NCBI GenBank assembly: GCA_023231475.1 | Contig: JALJEE010002357.1 | Location: forward strand, 1 to 42,076 | Length of the DNA stretch: 42,076 nucleotides | Origin: Seison nebaliae | Taxonomy: Eukaryota | Reading direction: 5' to 3' | Shown: one piece after another, positions 35,586 through 42,076 of the stretch | Layout: each line of letters begins with the position of its first letter | Numbering within the stretch: the stretch's first letter is position 1 | The notes under the pieces: generated by a model | Seen by the model: the letters and a program-made list of their open reading frames with translations, nothing else | The model's database searches: none | Told to the model about the DNA's origin: nothing | Translations under genes and position numbers: made by a program

Positions 35586-37157
35586 TTACAAATTTCTAAT
35601 AGTGGTGGATGTTTCGAAGGAATGTTTGATGATTTTACATCTCCTCTCTTCATCTCTATTATCCTCATTCTCTAACGATCGTTTCATTGTGGATCTGACG
35701 GAATTATCCTGAATTGTTTGACGACGATATTCAAAGACGTATCGATCCATTTGCTTCTTCAACATGAGAATGTCACAAATTTCTGAATTGGAACTAGTGA
35801 CACATCGTAAATCATTGTCAAAAAATCTCAAATTCTCAAACTTAATCGACTGAATAGAATTATGAGATTGGAGTATGAGTAGTGAAAGGATTTTGTGCGA
35901 ATTTTCTTCAATTCGATTCATCGACCATGGACACCAAAATTCATGAGATTTTAGCAAATCAATTCTTTTCTTTCCTTCATCCTCTGATATGAAATTTGGA
36001 ATGTCTTCAAGATCATCCGATTTTCCATCATCCGTAAAATGGATAGGACAAGACAGAACGGATTGACAAATGTGACAAATGAAAATTATGGAAATATTTT
36101 CGTTCGATATCTCGAATGAATCAACATCAAATTTATAATTGTTATTCTTTAAATATGATTCAATATTCCGTTTTTCGCCCGCCTTCACCATCGATTCGAT
36201 GGATTTTTGGAGTGTTGTCGAGAATAAATGTATTGCCCATCCATTCGCCAAATACACAAAAAAGTAGAAGAGTAAATGTTTCATAATTTTCAATTGACGT
36301 ACGGTGAAGATTCGAGTATCGATTAAATGTAACAAGAATCCGTTAAGAATTGATGAGAATAATTCATAATTTTCATCGATTAATTCTCGTTGAAGTTTTA
36401 TGAAATGATTGTATTCGATCGATTTCATTTGAATATTCTCATTCGAATAAATGAGAATTGACAAATATCTTAACAAATGACAAAATCGAAAGTTGATCAA
36501 ATTCTTCAAATTCTCATTAATTATCTTACTCGATGAATGATGTTGTTGATGTTGGAGGAAGGGAGAGACATCATTCTTCTTCTTATCCTCACAAATTGAC
36601 GACCAATAAATAATATTGGAGACATAAAATAAAAATTGAAAACCATTCTCCCGTTTCTTCACCAGACACGAATCATAATGTTGAAATATTCGAATCAAAT
36701 TATACTTCCTTTTCCAATCGTTCAATATGAGTGTGAAAGAATGACTGAATTGTTTCAAGTTTTTATTCTCACCATATCGTTGAAGAAGGAATCGAACATA
36801 ATTCCTGAAGAAATTCAAATTCACTTGAATGTCACAAGAAGAACAAGTGAGATAAATAACTTCACTCTCATCCAAACCAATCACTTCACTCACAACTTCC
36901 AAATTAACATTTTTCTTCTTCTTTTCTTCATTCAACTTCTCCGTCAATTTACAGTTCACTTTCATTCCATTCCATAAGAGAAAACGAATGGAAAACAATT
37001 CAGTAACTATCTTCCGGAATTCGAATACATTTGATGACATCTCATACAAATCAATCGCTTGCTCATAATTCACACAATAGAATTGTCCAATATATTTTTC
37101 GAACGTTCTCCCATTATCTACCAACTTTTCGTACTCTTTTCCAATGCCCGAAATCAT
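35586..37157 (-). CDS. ZC3HC1: ZC3HC1/NIPA (Pml39/Rsm1-like) nuclear-basket zinc-finger protein, single ORF
   Basis: Two C3HC-type modules: WNGM…LTCSSC…QHYDSC (degenerate) and LANGW…FICHIC…DLLKSHEFWCPW (canonical Rsm1-type HxxxCPW). Basic C-terminal NLS-like residues. Convergent with POLE, 244 bp apart. Confidence 0.7.
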   Translation of the reverse strand: MISGIGKEYEKLVDNGRTFEKYIGQFYCVNYEQAIDLYEMSSNVFEFRKIVTELFSIRFLLWNGMKVNCKLTEKLNEEKKKKNVNLEVVSEVIGLDESEVIYLTCSSCDIQVNLNFFRNYVRFLLQRYGENKNLKQFSHSFTLILNDWKRKYNLIRIFQHYDSCLVKKRENGFQFLFYVSNIIYWSSICEDKKKNDVSPFLQHQQHHSSSKIINENLKNLINFRFCHLLRYLSILIYSNENIQMKSIEYNHFIKLQRELIDENYELFSSILNGFLLHLIDTRIFTVRQLKIMKHLLFYFFVYLANGWAIHLFSTTLQKSIESMVKAGEKRNIESYLKNNNYKFDVDSFEISNENISIIFICHICQSVLSCPIHFTDDGKSDDLEDIPNFISEDEGKKRIDLLKSHEFWCPWSMNRIEENSHKILSLLILQSHNSIQSIKFENLRFFDNDLRCVTSSNSEICDILMLKKQMDRYVFEYRRQTIQDNSVRSTMKRSLENEDNRDEERRCKIIKHSFETSTTIRNL

Positions 37158-37263
37158 TGAAAAATTTTTAAATTTATATTTTTAATTACAATTTTTAAAG
37201 CTTCCGATTTCAATTCTTGCCACTTTTTTAACCCCACTAATCACAATCTAATTCAAGTCAAAT

Positions 37264-38142
37264 TACTGTGGTGGCATTGGAGAATGTCGGGATGTCATAT
37301 CCAGATAATTTAATCGATGCTCTTACCTTTCTCCCTATTTTAATATTTACAATTGTTAGTTATATAAATAACCTCCACAAAATTTTAAAACCTATCAAAA
37401 TGTATGTAAATCATGTACAAAATGTAAAGCCAATAATCAGGAATAAAATCCCACAAAATTTTAAGTTTTTAGAAAAAAATTTATTTAAAAAAAGTCTATT
37501 AGTGTTTAAAGCACGTTCCCTTATGGGTTAACACATGGGCAACTCGCGTACCAAATGAATGATATAAATTTTGGATTATTTGAATGTTCAACTTATCCCA
37601 AGCAGTTTTTATTGCTTTGGTAAGTTCTGCAACGGTTTCGAACTGAAGTTGTTCCCGATATGTTTCCCTACTTAGCCACGACCATATTTCTTCAATTATA
37701 TTGAGATTCGGACTAATTGGAGGCCAATTAATGGTTTTTATATTGTGGTTTTCCATCCACGTCCGGGTATTACGTGCCGTATGCGGCCTGGCATTGTCTT
37801 GTTGAAAGACTGAGCACGGATATTGGTCGATAAGATGGAATTAAATATTGTTCTAAAACTTCGCAATATTTTTCCGAATTGATTCGCCCCCCATCTAACA
37901 CACAAATGGCACTCTTTCAACCTACCAAATTGTGATTTTGAGAAATTTTTTAGTTCTGTTCGAATGTCCCACCAATAATATGAATAACCATCTGGACCAT
38001 CAAGGTTAAATTTCTTCTCGTCCGAAAAAATAATTGAATGAAAATTTAACCCCTCACTTAGCCACTGCGAACATATTTCCACCCTGTTATCCTTATGTTT
38101 TTGGGTCATTACTTTTCCGGATAATACTTTTCCTTTTCCCAT
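37264..38142 (-). mobile_element. Decayed Tc1/mariner element, Tc3-like DD34E transposase
   Basis: IIFSDEKKFNLDGPDG (first D). After a frameshift, VFQQDNARPHTA…WPPISPNLNIIEEIW with exactly 34 residues between D and E. The HTH region is deleted after MGKGKVLS. TA-CTGTGGTGGC at 37264 resembles a Tc1 terminus; the partner end was not found. Confidence 0.9.
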
Positions 38143-38582
38143 TTTTATTAGAACGTGTTTTTTTTAAATAAAAAACATAGACTACTTCAATTTAAAATGA
38201 AATAAATTTAAAATAAAAATATAATAGAACAGTTCGGATGATGCTTTGTTGTCATAAGCCTTTCAATATAGCATTTATGTTCACGATTTGCGAACTGACT
38301 CCGTTGCCACTTCTCGTTGTGCAGAGGTATCTGAAAGTAGTGGATTCTGTTCACAGGTCGACGCTTTCAGTTCCAACGTATACACAATGTGAGAGCTTCT
38401 CTTCTCCTCTCCAATTTTTCTGCCGTTATTATTCACTTACTTATCCGACTTCATTGGATGATGCGTTAATGTTGACAACGAACTTCAACATTATTTCCCA
38501 TGTGCCTGATTCACTCAAGAACTATATTCCTTTAGGGAATTATCATTTTTTCTTTTTAATTTTAATTAAAAAAAAAGATGAT

Positions 38583-38776
38583 ATGGAAACTGATGTAGAA
38601 ATAACTGATGGTATCGTTAAATATTATGTAACGAAAGCACAACAAGTAATGAGAGTGCATCGAATCAATAAAAATGGGACAACAATATTAGTATGTAGGA
38701 AACAAACGAATAAAGAATTTAAGTGTAAAGCAATTTTCGTAATCGATGAAGAATTGAATATTGTGGAAAAACGAAG
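38583..38776 (+). pseudogene. Truncated FLYWCH/WRKY-like zinc-finger ORF, probably the start of another DNA transposase
   Basis: METDVEITDG…HRINKNGTTILVCRKQTNKEFKCKAIFVIDEELNIVEKR. The CxnC half is present, and the sequence switches to a repeat array where the HxH ligands would be expected. Confidence 0.45.
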
Positions 38777-38778
38777 GT

Positions 38779-39130
38779 ATGTGGTGATTTCGCCCCCTTT
38801 TTTTTCCACTCTCATTCGGACAGTTCACCACCCTAATAATGGACAGTTCGCCACGTATGTACTTTTGGTGTTTTCGCCACCCTTTTGTACAAATCTGAGC
38901 TTCATTTTCTTAAAATGGACAGTTCGATACCCTTCTTGTATATTTTCGGCGTTTTCGCCACCCTTTTATACGTATTTGTATGTATTTTTGGGGTTTTCGC
39001 CACCCTTATATACGTATTTGTATGTATTTTTGGCGTTTTCACTACCCTTATATACAAATCATAACTGCATTTTCCAGAAATCGACAGTTCATCACCCTTC
39101 TTCAATAGCATTTCGGTGCTTTCGTCATCT
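38779..39130. repeat. Minisatellite-like array, probably the terminal region of the adjacent MULE
   Basis: A 42-bp unit GTTTTCGCCACCCTTTTATACGTATTTGTATGTATTTTTGGG occurs ~2.5 times at 38951-39060, with dispersed GACAGTTC and TTCGCCACCC motifs around it. Confidence 0.75.
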
Positions 39131-39190
39131 TTTTGTAAATTATTGTGTCGACCCCACTTATTTATTCTTACATTATTCATCATATTATTA

Positions 39191-40439
39191 TTATATTATT
39201 GAGAAACATTTAATTAATGCATTTTCAAAATATGAAAGAGACGGGTTATGCACATTAATTAAATGTTTGAGTCCATTGGTCTTTCCTTCAACAAGATTAT
39301 TAGTCCTGGGAAGGGAACGACGGATTTTTTCGTAATTATTGCACAATGGAATTTTGAAAATAACTTTTTCACTGCTGATATAAGTATTCTCAAAATACTA
39401 ATAGAGCGGCTTTACCTGCTGGGAGGCCGCCAGCTTCATTGTATTAAAAGTATTTTCTACCATTAAAGGGGGAATAAACGAAAGATAACATAATTTCTTC
39501 ACATCCTTCGCAATATCTTTGTGCGTTTTATATAGCTCCTTTAACCCTAGCTGTCCCACGTGCCGCATAATCGATTGCGATAAGTGAAATAAGCATCCGT
39601 GCAAGGTGGCATCAGGGAATACCATTTCCACCGCCAAAATGGAACTAATTTCAAAATCTGAAGTAATTGACAGTGGATTTATCGAAAATTCGTGCTTAAT
39701 TTTCGTGAATAATTCTATATAACTATTCTTCGTTCGATCTTTCATTAGAATGTAAAATGGTGTGATGAGACGATTATTACGCTTTACCCCAAAAACAAAC
39801 AGTTGAGAGAATGTATTAGGGCATTTCTTAAAGGTTCCGTCCATGAACCAATGCCCATCTGTCAATTCATCATATTGAATCGATGATGAAAAGTATAAGA
39901 TGAATTTATCTTCAACCAATCGATATTCGTGTAATTCTTTCGCTCGAATATTCTGGCGATATCGCCTTATATTTCTTTCTGTCGTGCTTTGACGACGATT
40001 TCCCTGAACCACGATGTCTTTATTTTTCAGAACAACATTCTTTGTCGATATTGTTGTTGTTTCGGCCACATTCTTTATGATATTTAGCGAACGCAGCTCA
40101 TCCATTTGAGTAGGGCATGAATCGTGGTTGTGCTCCAGACGGGCGGCCCAAATTTTTCTATCTGATACGGTGTTGTAAGCTTTGCATTTTTCTTTGCGGC
40201 AATTGTAATAAATTTTGTCATTAGAATATTTCTTTTTTTTCATTATAAATGAAATTCTTAAATATTAAGGCCAATTTGCCTCTTTTCGTTCGAATTATTT
40301 CCAATTCTTCAGTGCTGGACGAAGAATTTTCATTATGTAGGTTCACAGGCGGTAACTCCAGTGGCGGATTGAAACATGACGGTAAGTTTACCGATTCCTC
40401 GTTAGAGTTGGGAAAATTGTAATTTAAACCGTGACTCAT
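39191..40439 (-). pseudogene. Near full-length MULE transposase with FLYWCH finger, two lesions
   Basis: TKRGKLALIFKNFIY, then a frameshift in the A-run at 40233-40240, YYNCRKEKCKA…EHNH, WFMDGTFKKCPNTFSQLF, ITSDFE, HGCLFHLSQSI, an in-frame TAG at 39398-39400, then YFENTYI…LPRTNNLVEGKTNGLK…KCFSII* ending at 39191. Confidence 0.93.
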
Positions 40440-40664
40440 AGTTTAATGAATAAATTTTAAACGATGGCAAAATCACTATATAATAGATAGTTAAATGAAT
40501 AAATTTAATAAATTCATAGTATATATCTTATCACGCGAGTAATTTAATAGACTTTAATTTTAAATTTGAACTTTTATTTTAAATAATAAAATTATTATAT
40601 TTAATTAATGTTATTAATTTGTATTAAATAATTTTATAATTATTATATATAAAACAACATATTA

Positions 40665-41045
40665 TTAAACTATAAGTAATAAAATAATTACACCAATAAT
40701 TAATTGGTATTCCATCCATGCACATATTTCGGCCTCGATTTCCGCCCACTGGGTTTTAATTGATTCCCATAATTGCTCTTCGGTCTCAAAAAATTCCTTA
40801 CCTCTATATACTCTTTTAGACAAAATCCCCCATAGATTCTCTATCGGATTTAGGTCTGGAGATCTTGGTGGGTGTTCCAATAACGTAATGTTTTCCTTCT
40901 CCAATTCCTCGATTGAATATTTACTAGTATGGATAGAGGCATTATCTTGCTGAAATATAATTTCGTTCTAAATCGTTCTACCACCCTTCCTAAGCGCGAG
41001 AATATCTTCTTGACGTTCTATTGACATGCTGATTGATCTCGTCAT
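40665..41045 (-). mobile_element. Internally deleted Tc1 DD34E element
   Basis: An N-terminal HTH start (MTRSISMSIERQEDILALRKGGRTI*) is joined directly to IIFQQDNASIHTS…HPPRSPDLNPIENLWGIL, with D-34-E spacing. Confidence 0.85.
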
Positions 41046-41140
41046 ATTTTTTGTTAATAATTTGAAGTGATAGCATGTGCTAATATGCGCCAATCTTTAA
41101 AATTTTAACTTAAAAAACGCGACATGAAGAAATAAAGAAT

Positions 41141-42076
41141 TTAAGAAGAATGAGTAGAGGTAACGTTCCTCTGCAGCTTTTGCGATAGAGAGTAACGATT
41201 TATGATAACTTGCTCGATAATCTTAATCAATCCGTTAGCAATGCAAATTGGTCTAAACGAAGATACATCAGACAGAGATTTTCCATGGCCTTTGTAGATT
41301 GGAGTTATTGAAAAGATTCTCAAATAAGTAAAATCCACATTGCCAAGAATTTCATTGATGTAATCAACTGGTAGACTCAATGAACAGTCTTTTAAATTCG
41401 AGATAATACAAAGACATACATCATCAACACAATGCGACTTGTAAACGTTCATAGAAGATATTGCGATACGTAATTCCGCTACCGAAACCAGCAAAAAAGG
41501 AAATAACGAAGTTGTAATATCAATTCGAGTACGAATTAATTCCGGATCAAACATGGTAGATTCAAAAAACGTTTAAATTCATCGATATCAATTTGAGATG
41601 AGAAACACGATGAGAATTAATATCGGCAAACGAGAACGGTAGAGACAAGAGCCAAGTATCTTGAAGAAAAATGACGTCATGTTGTAAAATTTCGTGGATA
41701 TCTGGCATGAATCCGTTGGGACCATGAGAATTAAAAGAAATTATTGAGATAACATGAATGTTGCGTTGATTGTTATTCGAACCATTGGTTGTGAGTTGAT
41801 TGTGATGTCAGCGGGATGAAGAGAAAGAGGCAGACGGCGCATTGGGAGATGAAGAAGACGAAGATTGACTGCCAGAAACAGATGGGCCGGAGATCTTCAT
41901 GGAAATATGGGATTGCTTATTGGTAAATTCAATGCATCGGTCCGCGAGAAAATTGTTAGTTGATGAAGAGAAGAAAAATGGACGAATCTGAGTTCTTTCC
42001 GGCCAAAGAACGGGATCCAAAAATTTATTCAAATTGTCGATGGAAAATCGGATGATGAACGAACGAGGCATGTTAG
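41141..42076 (-). mobile_element. Decayed non-LTR retrotransposon (LINE, CR1/L2/Jockey-group-like): ORF1 end and RT fragment
   Basis: 41808-42071 encodes SFIIRF…KFLDPVLWPERTQIRPFF, typical of a LINE ORF1 C-terminus. 41141-41554 encodes ELRIAISSM…ITPIYKG…DVSSFRPICIANGLIKIIEQVIINR, matching early RT blocks. Truncated before YADD. Confidence 0.85.

Noticed and set aside
38779..39130. CRISPR-like repeat-spacer array
   Set aside because: Eukaryotic context, degenerate repeats, the intervening sequence is itself repeated, and there are no cas genes.
38238..39335. 365-aa plus-strand ORF
   Set aside because: Chance read-through of unrelated pieces: an unassigned segment, a zinc-finger fragment, a 42-bp repeat array and the antisense end of the MULE.
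40233..40241. Programmed -1 frameshift at an A-AAA-AAG-like slippery site in the MULE
   Set aside because: Joining the two ORFs needs a +1 (or -2) shift, and the element also has an in-frame stop. A homopolymer indel or sequencing error is simpler.

Overview
AT-rich, compact eukaryotic genomic DNA, almost certainly from an invertebrate animal; the species cannot be fixed from the sequence. Hand-spliced host genes are: a TACC-like coiled-coil protein (2024-4084, +), N-acetylglucosamine-6-phosphate deacetylase AMDHD2/nagA (7905-9547, +), a calpain (11184-13725, +), a CFAP97/KIAA1430-like acidic protein (14524-16632, +), a secreted protein with five chitin-binding (CBM14) domains and a GPI-type tail (19968-22337, +), a small acidic ORF (23175-23702, -), an apparently intronless DNA polymerase epsilon catalytic subunit (27494-35341, +) and a convergent ZC3HC1/NIPA-like zinc-finger gene (35586-37157, -). 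Two transposon islands (about 4.7-7.1 kb and 37.3-42.1 kb) hold decayed MULE, Tc1 (DD34E) and LINE copies, and a foldback/MITE-like element lies near 1 kb. Two observations stand out. (1) All 17 introns I could place in four genes begin with GTT rather than GT[A/G], with almost no other donor consensus, which suggests a lineage-specific 5' splice-site code. (2) The calpain lacks the penta-EF-hand domain and instead carries tandem Gly-rich motifs resembling the calpain small subunit, ending in a CaaX prenylation box. All calls come from manual translation and motif recall; no database search was run.
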